From: a virus
Strand: one strand, 5' to 3'
Virus record (IMG/VR): IMGVR_UViG_3300006793_000017
Location: 27,814 to 91,813 of that record
Length of the DNA stretch: 64,000 nucleotides
Shown: in pieces, positions 50,335 to 60,119 of the stretch
How positions within the stretch are numbered: the stretch's first letter is position 1
Layout of the letters: every line of letters begins with the position of its first letter
The notes under the pieces: generated by a model
Databases searched by the model: none
Told to the model about the DNA's origin: nothing
Seen by the model: only the letters and a program-made list of their open reading frames with translations
Made by a program: the position numbers and the translations under genes

Positions 50335-50493
50335 ATGATTAGACTTTTATTTGTAGCCATTATTCTATTACTTCCGGCTTGTAGCACAACTGTAGCAGTT
50401 TTGGATGTTACAGCAAGTACTGCCATTTATGCAGGAAAGACAGTAGTAAATACAATAGATATAGTTACGCCAGATATTGTTAACAAGGACTAG
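50335..50493 (+). CDS. 52-aa lipoprotein
   Basis: MIRLLFVAIILLLPAC lipobox-like signal. Confidence 0.65.
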   Translation: MIRLLFVAIILLLPACSTTVAVLDVTASTAIYAGKTVVNTIDIVTPDIVNKD

Positions 50494-50494
50494 A

Positions 50495-50956
50495 ATGTCA
50501 AAATTAAAACTAAATGAAATACTAGCATCTGTGGATATGAATGCAAAACATATCTGGGATGAGCTTACAGAAGAACAACGTAAGAGTGTTGTTTTCTTCA
50601 CGCTTAATCGCTATATAAGCAACGTACAAGGGTCTAGAGAACTAAAGGAGCATTATGTACTGCTAGGCAATGAACGCTTTAATAAGAACCTTTTCCTGCT
50701 GTTAAACAAGCATAATAAATTACTATGGCAACTAGCATGTAGTTGTGGTCATGAAGAAAAGAATATTCATAGACACGAATGGTTAGGACTTAAAAGAGAA
50801 AAGAATAAGAAAGAAGAATTTTTAAAGAAGATATTTCCTGACATGAAAAGTGCAGACATTTCTGCATTAGCAGTAATGACAGATAACAAAGAAATTAAAG
50901 ATCACTGTAGAGGTCTTGGTTGGGATAAGAAACAGATCGATGCAATTAAATTATAA
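50495..50956 (+). CDS. Possible clamp-loader small subunit (gp62-like)
   Basis: Helical, FTLNRYIS, W..K pattern reminiscent of gp62; weak. Confidence 0.4.
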   Translation: MSKLKLNEILASVDMNAKHIWDELTEEQRKSVVFFTLNRYISNVQGSRELKEHYVLLGNERFNKNLFLLLNKHNKLLWQLACSCGHEEKNIHRHEWLGLKREKNKKEEFLKKIFPDMKSADISALAVMTDNKEIKDHCRGLGWDKKQIDAIKL

Positions 50957-51623
50957 ATGTGATTACTGCGGCAAAGCATTTGCAAAGGAGAAAACTTTGT
51001 TTGTGCATGTGTGCGAGCCTAAAAGGAGGCACTTAGCAAAGAATGAAAAGCATGTGCAGTATGGCTTACTGACATTTAAAAAGTTTTACGAATTTAATCA
51101 ACCAAGTGCAAAACCTAAAACGTTTGATGACTTTGTTGGTAGTCCTTATTACAATGCATTTGTTAAGTTTGGTAGTTTTATGGTTAATACAAATCCTATA
51201 TACCCAGAAAGGTTTTTAGAGTTTGTAGTTAAGAGTGGCATCAAATTAGATCATTGGTGTAGAGATGAATTGTATGACACATACATAAAGGAATTATTAA
51301 AAATAGAACCAGCTGATGGTGCTATACAACGTAGTGTAAAAACTATGATGGACTGGGCAGATAACAACGAAGCGGAATGGAATCATTACTTTAGTTACTG
51401 TAATTTAAATAGAGCAACACATGATATTAAAGAAGGAAAGATTAGTCCTTGGATATTATTAAATTCAAAGGCAGCTAAGGACATGATGCAAAACATGTCA
51501 GATGAACAATTAAATATTATTGGGCCTGTTCTAGATCCTAAGTACTGGATGATTAGATTTAAGAAACTTCCAGCAGATGTAGAACTAGTAAAAGAAGTAA
51601 TCAAAGAAGGTAACATATCGTGA
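50940..51623 (+). CDS. Hypothetical protein with N-terminal C2H-type zinc finger
   Basis: YKCDYCGKAF...HVC. Confidence 0.6.
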   Translation: MQLNYKCDYCGKAFAKEKTLFVHVCEPKRRHLAKNEKHVQYGLLTFKKFYEFNQPSAKPKTFDDFVGSPYYNAFVKFGSFMVNTNPIYPERFLEFVVKSGIKLDHWCRDELYDTYIKELLKIEPADGAIQRSVKTMMDWADNNEAEWNHYFSYCNLNRATHDIKEGKISPWILLNSKAAKDMMQNMSDEQLNIIGPVLDPKYWMIRFKKLPADVELVKEVIKEGNIS

Positions 51624-51799
51624 CAAAGACTAGAAAATTATTAAGCGGAAAAGAAGTACCACAACTTGAAAGAGTTGCTAACCTTAGTATAATAACAAAG
51701 TGTCCTGAGAAGTGGAAAATTGTTGATATGGAAACAGGACAAGAATACGTTGCTAGTGGAACACTTGAACTCTACAAGCAATGGAAAAGGATAAAATGA
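51620..51799 (+). CDS. 59-aa hypothetical protein
   Basis: GTGA overlap; TKCPEKWKIVDMETG. Confidence 0.55.
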   Translation: MTKTRKLLSGKEVPQLERVANLSIITKCPEKWKIVDMETGQEYVASGTLELYKQWKRIK

Positions 51800-51881
51800 T
51801 AATAGCAATCTTATTTTTACTATCATGCTACGCATTGCCGATATATATGTTAGTAAAAATGAATAACGAAGAACCAAAGTA

Positions 51882-52448
51882 ATGCCAGATATAGATATAG
51901 ATTTTGTAGACAGACAGAAAGCTCTAAAACATTTTAAGCATATTAGAGCAAGTCGTGTTGAAAACGGTAAACTAGTAAAACACAATACTGGTGTGTATAT
52001 GCATGAGGTTCCTGTTAGTGCTGAATTAAATTTGTGTAGTGTTCCGCATAAAGAAGCAGAAGATAAAGGTTATTTTAAATTAGACTTTCTTAATGTAAGT
52101 ATGTACAAAGATGTACGTAATGAAGAACACTTGCAACAACTAATAGATAAAGAACCTATATGGGATCTATTACAGCATGACGATTTCACAGATTTATTGT
52201 TCCATGTTAACGGTCATGGCGATATATTACGTAAGTTAAAGCCAACAAGTGTAGAGCAACTAGCAGCCGTACTTGCCATTATAAGACCTGCTAAACGCCA
52301 TTTAGTAGATGAGAGTTGGAATACTATTATGCAAGAAGTGTGGGAAAAGCCAACAGATGGTGCATACTTCTTTAAGAAATCACATGCTACTGCATACGCA
52401 GTTGCAGTTAAAGTGCAAATGAATTTGCTGTCAGAAGTAAAAGAATGA
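51882..52448 (+). CDS. Minimal DnaE-like (C-family polymerase palm) protein, 188 aa
   Basis: PDIDIDF, HNTGV, KLDFL, LAAVLAIIRP, FKKSHATAYA in correct order. Confidence 0.85.
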   Translation: MPDIDIDFVDRQKALKHFKHIRASRVENGKLVKHNTGVYMHEVPVSAELNLCSVPHKEAEDKGYFKLDFLNVSMYKDVRNEEHLQQLIDKEPIWDLLQHDDFTDLLFHVNGHGDILRKLKPTSVEQLAAVLAIIRPAKRHLVDESWNTIMQEVWEKPTDGAYFFKKSHATAYAVAVKVQMNLLSEVKE

Positions 52449-52561
52449 AATATTTGATTATATTAATACTGTTATCAGGTTGTGCTGCAAAGGATATTAA
52501 TTTCAATCCATGGACAACTGTATTAAATCAAATCATAAAGGCAGAGGGAGACAAAAAATGA
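52445..52561 (+). CDS. 38-aa lipoprotein
   Basis: MKYLIILILLSGC lipobox; ATGA overlaps both sides. Confidence 0.65.
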   Translation: MKYLIILILLSGCAAKDINFNPWTTVLNQIIKAEGDKK

Positions 52562-53004
52562 AACACGTAATAGCATGGTTTGGATTAGCGTTACCTTGGT
52601 TGCTTATGTGGCAATTTGGTTTTGCATACGAAACTTGCTTTGGCGATAGTTGTTATTATATTGTAGATATAATTATGATGACTTCGTTGGTTGTTGGTGT
52701 AATCTATTTCCTTTGGGTATACAGAGAACAGTATAGAATTTTTCACAAGTATGCAAGTATGGTAAAAGATTGGTTAACGCCAAATTGGTGGGCCGCAGAA
52801 GCCGCACAAAAGATTTCAGACAAAACAGGTATGCAAGATAAAGCTGAAAACTCTAGATTTAGAAAATGGCTAGACAAGAAAGAAGCGTCACTAACAGGTT
52901 GGAAATGGTTACTGTTTCAAGTTGTTCGTGCTGTAGTTGCAATAGGATTAATAGAATTAGTTTTCAATTTAATGGGAATGACTATTTTACCTTGGAGGAT
53001 GTAA
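52558..53004 (+). CDS. Multi-pass membrane protein
   Basis: Three hydrophobic segments; GGGAG SD before 52558. Confidence 0.6.
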   Translation: MKHVIAWFGLALPWLLMWQFGFAYETCFGDSCYYIVDIIMMTSLVVGVIYFLWVYREQYRIFHKYASMVKDWLTPNWWAAEAAQKISDKTGMQDKAENSRFRKWLDKKEASLTGWKWLLFQVVRAVVAIGLIELVFNLMGMTILPWRM

Positions 53005-53333
53005 TGAGAGTAAGTATAGATGATATAGGTGGTGTAATTGCAAAACAGGACGATCGTTATATTGTAAAGGACAATACGACACTAAAGAACTTAATTTTAA
53101 GTAGTACGTTCTTAGAAGCAAACAAAAGCACAAGCGGACACTTGCATAAAGGACAAGAAGAAGTTTACTTTTTTATTAAAGGTAAAGGTAAAATGGAATT
53201 AGATGACGACACTATTACTGTACAAGAAGGTGATGTTGTATTAATTGAAGATGGTGTATTTCATAGAGTACACAACACAGGCGATTACGGTTTGTATTTT
53301 GTTTGTGTGTTTGACGGGAAAAGGAATCATTAA
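53004..53333 (+). CDS. Cupin-2 protein
   Basis: GHLHKGQEEVY, GDVVLI..G.FHRVHN. Confidence 0.82.
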   Translation: MRVSIDDIGGVIAKQDDRYIVKDNTTLKNLILSSTFLEANKSTSGHLHKGQEEVYFFIKGKGKMELDDDTITVQEGDVVLIEDGVFHRVHNTGDYGLYFVCVFDGKRNH

Positions 53334-53869
53334 TGGAAAACTTTATTCATACATTTCAGATAGGCGAAAAGGTTTGTGATGATCTAATTGCATATCATGC
53401 TGAAAAAGATGAATACAAGTCTGCAGGAGTTGCAGGTGGTATTGTAGATCATAATATTAAAGAATCTACAGATGTAATTTTTTACAATAGTAGTACTGAT
53501 CCAAGAATACAACGATACTTTCAACAATTGCAAATGGGTTATGATCAATATATTGAAAAGTATAATTTACAACAGTTGTATCTTAAGACAGAGGATCATA
53601 ATTTAATTCAACACTATCCAGTCGGAGGCGGATTTAAAGTTTGGCACTTCGAAAGAGATAGAGGTGACGAAGCACGTCAGTTAGTTTATATGACATATCT
53701 TAATGATGTACCAGACGGCGGTACAGTATGGAAGTATCAAAACTTTGAGTGTGAAGCAAAGAAAGGCTTGTCAGTTATTTGGCCAAGCGACTTTACACAT
53801 ACACACAAAGGAATTGTATCTGAAACATCTGAGAAGTGGATTGCAACCGGATGGTTCAATTATTCATAA
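53333..53869 (+). CDS. 2OG-Fe(II) oxygenase
   Basis: WHFE, MTYLNDV.DGGT, WPSDFTHTHKG, KWIATGW; paralog of 6224..6802. Confidence 0.85.
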   Translation: MENFIHTFQIGEKVCDDLIAYHAEKDEYKSAGVAGGIVDHNIKESTDVIFYNSSTDPRIQRYFQQLQMGYDQYIEKYNLQQLYLKTEDHNLIQHYPVGGGFKVWHFERDRGDEARQLVYMTYLNDVPDGGTVWKYQNFECEAKKGLSVIWPSDFTHTHKGIVSETSEKWIATGWFNYS

Positions 53870-53963
53870 AATAAACATTTTTTATAATCTTTTATAAATA
53901 GCACGTATAGAACACAAAATGCATAAAAAAATAATTTTTTATGCCCTAATTTTTCAGGAGATA

Positions 53964-54092
53964 ATGGTGGTAAGATTTATCAATGAGTTGAGAGCTCGTT
54001 GTACAGGCGAAACGTGCGATCGCATCGCAGAAGTAGTACTCATGTTGGGGACATTGATCACAATGTATGTGGCAATGCTTCCGATTATTTAA
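53964..54092 (+). CDS. 42-aa membrane peptide
   Basis: AGGAG SD; MVVRFINELRARCTGETCDRIAEVVLMLGTLITMYVAMLPII; upstream TATAAATA and A/T hairpin. Confidence 0.55.
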   Translation: MVVRFINELRARCTGETCDRIAEVVLMLGTLITMYVAMLPII

Positions 54093-54463
54093 CTAGAAGG
54101 TTTTCTAACTAGCGTAATTGATTTACGCTTAATCCTCTTTGTAATGATAGCATTAAGACTAGTAACAGGGCCTAGTATGACCTGGACGTCCTTGCTGGTA
54201 AAGTTTCTAATAGCGTACTTAAAAGGTTGGATTTCATTTGATAAAAAGATATTAATAGGAATTTGTCTGTTGCTTTCCCACCACCATGCTTCGCCCAGTT
54301 CAATAAATTTTTCCTGATCTTTCTTGGATTTTAAATTTTCGTAGTCGTAGAATGATGTAACGTTATTATCTTGATTTATAATGATTCCGACGTACTCTTT
54401 TTCGGCGTGTTTTAGAACGCTTATAAACGGAAAGTTCTCTTGTAAATTGTCAGTTATTCTCAT
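54089..54463 (-). CDS. Conserved hypothetical protein
   Basis: FPFIS...YVGII.N, WWWESNRQIPINIFL; start reassigned to 54463. Confidence 0.6.
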   Translation of the reverse strand: MRITDNLQENFPFISVLKHAEKEYVGIIINQDNNVTSFYDYENLKSKKDQEKFIELGEAWWWESNRQIPINIFLSNEIQPFKYAIRNFTSKDVQVILGPVTSLNAIITKRIKRKSITLVRKPSS

Positions 54464-54489
54464 TTGTTCTCGTTTCGATAAATATACAT

Positions 54490-55395
54490 ATGCAAAGTCA
54501 TTCAATATATTTATATCCAAATCTACTCGACGTCTATGATAATGGCGTTGCAGGTGCTTGGAAAGTGGAGAGAAAACGTATGGTATACAATAGAGGGCTG
54601 ATGGCTTATCGTAGTGTCGATAATAGAATTGATCTACAGGTAAGAAACAGCGATGAAAAGAAATATAATATAACAGGATCAACAATCGTGTTTAATATTA
54701 TAAACAAAGAAAATAGCGATTTAGTGCTTAGTAAAGATTGTTCAGTAGACGACTTAACACTTGGTAGAGTGTATGTTGTACTAACAGCAGCTGAACTACA
54801 AGAACTAGAGCCAGGATTTTATAACTATAGCATCACTAAAGAAGTAAGACAAACAGTTGACTCCACCGACTATAAAGTTACTTCGAGAACTCCGCTATAC
54901 TTTGATCCACACTACGGTGCAATGGGTAACTTAGAAATTATGGGTGACGTGCTAGGTACTCCTTATAACACTATAGAAGTTTATAAGTTTAAGAAAGATA
55001 TTGATTGGGATTCTGTAGCAACACTACCAAGCGACACACCACAGTTTAACAATCCAAGACCAAACTATAATCAAACTAATACTTCTAATCAAATATATGA
55101 TGAGTATCATTACAGCAGTATTGTAGATCTTAAGCCAAATATGCAAAGTCCAAATAGTTTACACACTCTACAGTTTTATTTCAAAAACTATGAAGGGCAA
55201 GTAATTATTCAAGGCAGTTTGGCTGATGGCGGCTCGCCAAGTGCAGACAGTTGGTATGATTTACAAACATTTGACGTCACAACAACAGATGGCAATTTGT
55301 TTAAAAACCAAACTGGAAAGCATAATTGGTTTAGAGTTAAACACGAACCAACCCAAGATAATACAGGTTCTTTGGATAAAATCTTAGTAAGATAG
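54490..55395 (+). CDS. Virion structural protein (BppU-like Ig domains)
   Basis: Beta-rich; TAAATA-N5-ATG. Confidence 0.5.
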   Translation: MQSHSIYLYPNLLDVYDNGVAGAWKVERKRMVYNRGLMAYRSVDNRIDLQVRNSDEKKYNITGSTIVFNIINKENSDLVLSKDCSVDDLTLGRVYVVLTAAELQELEPGFYNYSITKEVRQTVDSTDYKVTSRTPLYFDPHYGAMGNLEIMGDVLGTPYNTIEVYKFKKDIDWDSVATLPSDTPQFNNPRPNYNQTNTSNQIYDEYHYSSIVDLKPNMQSPNSLHTLQFYFKNYEGQVIIQGSLADGGSPSADSWYDLQTFDVTTTDGNLFKNQTGKHNWFRVKHEPTQDNTGSLDKILVR

Positions 55396-55396
55396 G

Positions 55397-55424
55397 TTGA
55401 CATTACCCACAAAGATGTTATACT
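55397..55424 (+). promoter_or_regulatory. Sigma70-type promoter (extended -10), leaderless geometry
   Basis: TTGACA-16-TGnTATACT-6 nt-ATG(55431). Confidence 0.72.
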
Positions 55425-55430
55425 AATACT

Positions 55431-56441
55431 ATGACTCTGGTATTAGATAAATTTCGAACACTCGTGCCTTCACGTGCTAAAGCTAGTCCTTCAGGTTGGA
55501 CAAGTTTTAACGCACCGTGTTGTTCTCATCGAGGTCATTCTCCAGACAAACGTAAGCGTGGCGGTTTGAAATTTGATATGGGTGTAGTGTATAACTGCTT
55601 TAACTGTAAGTACAGTGCAAGTTGGGAACCAGGTAGACCTTTATCAAATAAGTTCAAAAATTTATGTAGATGGTTAGGTGCTAACGAAGATGATATCAAT
55701 CAAATGATATTTGAAGCACTTAAAACTGAATCACCAGAGTACACTCCGCGAGAAGTTTCTAGCACAGTTACGTTTACGCCTAAAACATTACCAGAGGGTG
55801 CTTTAGCAATACGTGATTGGTTAGAAGCTGATCTCAACGAGGATGAAGAAGCTAGTCTAGCAGAAGTAGTTAAGTATCTACTAGAAAGAGATTGTGATCC
55901 TGTTAGCAAACACTTTTATTGGACACCACTTGAAGGATACAAAGATAGAGTCATTATCCCATTTTGGTACAAAGGAAGTATTGTAGGATCAACTGCTAGG
56001 AAAGTTAAAGATGGCAGACCTAAATACATTTCCGATCATCATCCACACTTTGTCTATAACGTTGACGAACAAAAGGAAGATCAGAAATATATATTTGTAA
56101 CAGAAGGACCGTTTGATGCACAAGCCATTGGCGGTGTAGCGTTGCTTACTAATAATATTCACGAGCAACAAGCAAGGATTATTAATAGTTTAGGTCAAGA
56201 AGTTGTCGTTATCCCAGATCAGGATAGTGCAGGTGTCGAGCTCATTAACAAGGCTGATGAGTGTGGTTGGCATGTTGCTTTTCCTAACTGGGGTAGTGAT
56301 GTAAAAGATGTTGCTGATGCAGTTAAACGTTACGGTAAGTTGTTTGTACTAGTAGACGCAATGAAAACAGCAGTGCAAGGCTCTATTAAGTTGAGTGTTG
56401 CTAAAAATAACTTTGAACATAAGTTGGAGAATATGCAATGA
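55431..56441 (+). CDS. DNA primase (gp61/DnaG-like)
   Basis: Zn ribbon (CC...YNCFNC), RVIIPF, TAR, PKY, TOPRIM VTEGPFDA and PDQD.AG, KDVAD. Confidence 0.88.
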   Translation: MTLVLDKFRTLVPSRAKASPSGWTSFNAPCCSHRGHSPDKRKRGGLKFDMGVVYNCFNCKYSASWEPGRPLSNKFKNLCRWLGANEDDINQMIFEALKTESPEYTPREVSSTVTFTPKTLPEGALAIRDWLEADLNEDEEASLAEVVKYLLERDCDPVSKHFYWTPLEGYKDRVIIPFWYKGSIVGSTARKVKDGRPKYISDHHPHFVYNVDEQKEDQKYIFVTEGPFDAQAIGGVALLTNNIHEQQARIINSLGQEVVVIPDQDSAGVELINKADECGWHVAFPNWGSDVKDVADAVKRYGKLFVLVDAMKTAVQGSIKLSVAKNNFEHKLENMQ

Positions 56442-56560
56442 AGCGTGTTAAACAATGGTTCATACAGAAATGGGATTGGCTTGTTGACAAGTACTATGCT
56501 TGGAAACTTAAACGTATGAATAAAAAGAACAAGAACAAAGACCCGTTTATCTACAAGTAG
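56438..56560 (+). CDS. 40-aa basic peptide ending DPFIYK
   Basis: ATGA overlap, GGAG SD; hand-translated. Confidence 0.55.
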   Translation: MKRVKQWFIQKWDWLVDKYYAWKLKRMNKKNKNKDPFIYK

Positions 56561-56561
56561 T

Positions 56562-56819
56562 ATGGTAGAAAGGATAATAACAATGAAGAATGAATTTCAA
56601 ATAGGGATGTTTGAACTACTCAAGAATCTACTAAAAGGAAACAGTGCTGTATTAGCGTTAATTTATACACTAGGACACATTGTAATAGCCATGACGGTAG
56701 TCAGTTTACTAACTGGCGCAAGTATTTGGGAAGCAGGATTAGTTGCTCTGGTTGAGCCAACTATTAATGGTTTCTGGTTTTATATTTTACATTCACTATG
56801 GAAAAAATATAACACATGA
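56562..56819 (+). CDS. DUF2061-like membrane protein
   Basis: IYT.GH..IAM...L.TGA....AG..AL.EP..N..WFY.LH..W. Confidence 0.6.
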   Translation: MVERIITMKNEFQIGMFELLKNLLKGNSAVLALIYTLGHIVIAMTVVSLLTGASIWEAGLVALVEPTINGFWFYILHSLWKKYNT

Positions 56820-58282
56820 TAAGTTGGGGTATTTCTGCTAATAGTCACGATGCGGCACTTGCTGTATTCAAGAACAAAGAACTTTTGTTTGCGAGTCACA
56901 GTGAGCGTTTTAGTGGCATTAAGAATGATCCTCATCTTGATAAAAATTTATTAAACTACGCTCTTCACTATGGAGAGCCTAATGAGGTACATTGGTATGA
57001 AAACCCAACTAAAAAATCTTTACGACAACTTTATGCAGGTCAAGGATGGAACTTTCGAGAGAATAACGTTCGACAATATCTTGACCGGTATGGAGTGGAT
57101 TGTGATGTCCGTTATAATAGCCATCATCGCAGTCACGCTGCTGCTGGTTATTTTACCAGTGGCTTTAATAACGCTACTGTTTTATGTATCGATGCGATTG
57201 GAGAATTTGAGACGTTAACTGTCTGGGAAGCACAAGGCAACGATATGAAACAAGTGTGGAGTCAAAAGTATCCACACAGCATTGGACTTTGGTATAGTGC
57301 AATGACTCAACGTATTGGTCTTAAGCCTAACGAAGATGAATATATTTTAATGGGTATGGCTGCATACGGTGATAAAGGAAGATTGTATCACGCTATACTA
57401 GATGAATTTATTGATGTTAAATTTAAGAACAATAAACTAACTGTAAGACTAAAACAAAACTTGCATAGAGGTTGTAAAAATTGGAGACCTGATCTTAAAA
57501 CAGAACAAGACATGTACGACATTGCAGCCGCTACGCAATTAATATATGAACAATCATTACTTGAAATATTGTTGTATTGTAAATACAAGTGCAAAAGCAA
57601 AAACTTAGTTCTAATGGGAGGCTGTGCATTAAACTGTAGTGCAAACGGACAAGCACAAAGATTGTTTGATAACGTTTGGATTATGCCTAATCCTAGCGAT
57701 GCAGGTAGTGCAGTAGGTGCTGTTCTTTCAACTTATAACGAACATATAGAATTTAAATCGCCTTACTTAGGCTATAATATAGAAGGGAAGTATCCAGTTG
57801 AAAAAACACTCAACGCATTATTATCCTCCGGTATATGTGGAGTTGCTAACGGTCGTGCTGAATACGGTCCTCGTGCTCTTGGCAATCGTAGCCTTTTTGC
57901 TGACCCCAGAGGAGAGCATACTAAAGACAGAGTTAATGACATTAAAAAACGACAAAAATTTAGGCCATTTGCACCAGTCGTCCTCGAAGAACATGCCAGC
58001 GAATTGTTTGATGGACCAATGGGGCCTTATATGCAGTATACCGCCCGTTGTAAAGATACAGACAAGTATCCTGCAATAGCACATGTTGATGGTACATCAA
58101 GAGTTCAAGTAGTTAATAAGAAGCTGCACACGGGCTTGTATGAGCTTCTAAGACGGTGGAAAAGCGCCACAGGATGCCCTATGTTATTAAACACAAGTTT
58201 AAACATTAAAGGAAAACCTATGGTAAATGACAAAGTGGACGCAAAAGAGTTTGCTCTAAAGTATGGAGTGAGTGTATACTAA
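56816..58282 (+). CDS. Carbamoyltransferase (NodU/CmcH family)
   Basis: HDAA, ERF...K, HH.SHAA, DAIGE, MGMAAYG, GGCALN, EYGPRALGNRS, RPFAP, HVDGTSR, LNTSLN. Confidence 0.93.
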   Translation: MISWGISANSHDAALAVFKNKELLFASHSERFSGIKNDPHLDKNLLNYALHYGEPNEVHWYENPTKKSLRQLYAGQGWNFRENNVRQYLDRYGVDCDVRYNSHHRSHAAAGYFTSGFNNATVLCIDAIGEFETLTVWEAQGNDMKQVWSQKYPHSIGLWYSAMTQRIGLKPNEDEYILMGMAAYGDKGRLYHAILDEFIDVKFKNNKLTVRLKQNLHRGCKNWRPDLKTEQDMYDIAAATQLIYEQSLLEILLYCKYKCKSKNLVLMGGCALNCSANGQAQRLFDNVWIMPNPSDAGSAVGAVLSTYNEHIEFKSPYLGYNIEGKYPVEKTLNALLSSGICGVANGRAEYGPRALGNRSLFADPRGEHTKDRVNDIKKRQKFRPFAPVVLEEHASELFDGPMGPYMQYTARCKDTDKYPAIAHVDGTSRVQVVNKKLHTGLYELLRRWKSATGCPMLLNTSLNIKGKPMVNDKVDAKEFALKYGVSVY

Positions 58283-58312
58283 TAACATAATTACGTATGA
58301 GAGAAGATAATA

Positions 58313-58444
58313 ATGAGTAAGAAAAGAAACAAATTTGAAAGAAAGCTAGACGAATATAATCATACAATGGAATTGATTAGAACTATCGTTCCAATTATTG
58401 TACTAGGCTTACAAATTTATATTATAATAGAGTTAATAAAGTAA
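58313..58444 (+). CDS. 43-aa membrane peptide
   Basis: MSKKRNKFERKLDEYNHTMELIRTIVPIIVLGLQIYIIIELIK; TAATG coupling to helicase. Confidence 0.55.
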   Translation: MSKKRNKFERKLDEYNHTMELIRTIVPIIVLGLQIYIIIELIK

Positions 58445-59877
58445 TGGCAAAAAATTACGATTACGAAGTACAAAAAGTTTATCTAGAAATGATGTTAGCA
58501 GATGCTGAGACATTTGTTAGATGTCAAGGTATATTTGATAGTACTTTGTTTGATAGAAAATTGCAAGAAGCGGCTGAGTTTGTAAACATGTATACTAAAG
58601 AGTATAACGTGTTGCCTGACTATGACATGGTTAATGCAAGTTGCAAAACAGATTTAAAACATCCAGGTGAAGTTAAAGAAGGACACACAAATTGGTTAAT
58701 GGATGAGTTTGAAAGTTTTACAAGACATAAAAGTTTAGAACGTGCAATTTTAAAAAGTGCTGACTTACTAGAACAAAACGAATATGGTGAAGTCGAAGGA
58801 CTTGTAAAAGAAGCAGTACAAATTGGACTAGCACGTGACATGGGTACAGATTACTTTTTAGATCCTAAAGCAAGACTTATGGGACTTAAAGATAAGAACG
58901 GACAAGTTACAACTGGTTGGGATAGTTTAGATAGAAAACTGTTCGGCGGATTTAACAGAGGCGAACTGAATATATTTGCAGGTGGTTCAGGTGCAGGTAA
59001 AAGTTTGTTCTTAGCAAACTTAGGTGTTAACTTTGCATTAGAAGGTCTTAACGTTGTTTACTTAACACTAGAACTTAGTGAAGCACTTGTTAGTATGCGT
59101 GTTGATAGTATGGTAACAGGTATTAGCACAAGAAACATTTTTAAAGATCTTGATGATGTAGAAATGAAAGTTAAGATGATTGGCAAGAAAGCAGGCATGA
59201 TGCAGATCAAATATATGCCTAGTGGAAAGACTGCTAATGATATTAGAGCGTATCTAAAAGAATATGAAATTAAAGCAGGCAAAAAAGTAGATGTATTATT
59301 AGTAGACTACTTAGACTTGCTTATGCCAATAGGTAAAAAGATTAGTGCAGAGAACTTGTTTGTAAAAGACAAGTATGTATCTGAAGAGCTACGTAACTTA
59401 GCAATGGAACTGCAAACTGTATTTGTTACAGCGGCACAGTTGAATAGAGGTGCAGTAGAAGAAGTAGAGTTTGATCATTCACACATCAGTGGTGGACTTA
59501 GTAAGATTCAAACAGCAGATAACGTATTTGGTATTTTTACAAGTAGAGCAATGCGTGAAAGAGGCAGATATCAAATACAATTAATGAAAACACGTTCAAG
59601 TAGTGGTGTAGGACAAAAAGTCGATTTAGGCTTTGACATTGACACGCTACGTATTGTAGACATAGATGAAGATGAACAAGAGTCTACAAACGGAGAACGT
59701 TCAGGCAATTCAAGTATTATAGATTCAATTAAAAGAAAAACAGCAACCACAGGCGAAAGCAACACACCCACTGATGATCCAACAGATGGCGCATCGGTCG
59801 GTAAGATTAGAGGCAAGGTAGAATCAACCAAGCTGAGAGAAATTTTATCGAACATGGGTAGTGATGAAGAATACTAA
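58444..59877 (+). CDS. Replicative helicase (gp41/DnaB-like)
   Basis: GGSGAGKS, LELSE, VDYLDL, AQLNR, MKTR. Confidence 0.92.
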   Translation: MAKNYDYEVQKVYLEMMLADAETFVRCQGIFDSTLFDRKLQEAAEFVNMYTKEYNVLPDYDMVNASCKTDLKHPGEVKEGHTNWLMDEFESFTRHKSLERAILKSADLLEQNEYGEVEGLVKEAVQIGLARDMGTDYFLDPKARLMGLKDKNGQVTTGWDSLDRKLFGGFNRGELNIFAGGSGAGKSLFLANLGVNFALEGLNVVYLTLELSEALVSMRVDSMVTGISTRNIFKDLDDVEMKVKMIGKKAGMMQIKYMPSGKTANDIRAYLKEYEIKAGKKVDVLLVDYLDLLMPIGKKISAENLFVKDKYVSEELRNLAMELQTVFVTAAQLNRGAVEEVEFDHSHISGGLSKIQTADNVFGIFTSRAMRERGRYQIQLMKTRSSSGVGQKVDLGFDIDTLRIVDIDEDEQESTNGERSGNSSIIDSIKRKTATTGESNTPTDDPTDGASVGKIRGKVESTKLREILSNMGSDEEY

Positions 59878-60115
59878 AGTAAAAATACACGAGTGGCGCA
59901 CCTATGCTGACCAAACCGCCGATGCACAATACGACATTGATTGGCCTGATGTACAAAAAGCAATTGGCAAAGATCATTGTGCTTGGTTATTAGCACAAGA
60001 CCCCGAAGACGTTCAACTCATGTTAGAAGTAAAAGGCAGTGGTCAGAAACGTCTTGTCGCAGATTTCTATAACAATAAGACACTTGTTACATATCACCTA
60101 ATGTGGGCTAAATAG
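59861..60115 (+). CDS. Hypothetical protein
   Basis: ORF overlapping helicase end. Confidence 0.5.
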   Translation: MMKNTKVKIHEWRTYADQTADAQYDIDWPDVQKAIGKDHCAWLLAQDPEDVQLMLEVKGSGQKRLVADFYNNKTLVTYHLMWAK

Positions 60116-60119
60116 TAGT

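Noticed and set aside
51796-51884. Frameshifted N-terminal part of DnaE
   Set aside because: Upstream frames encode short unrelated peptides with no PHP motifs
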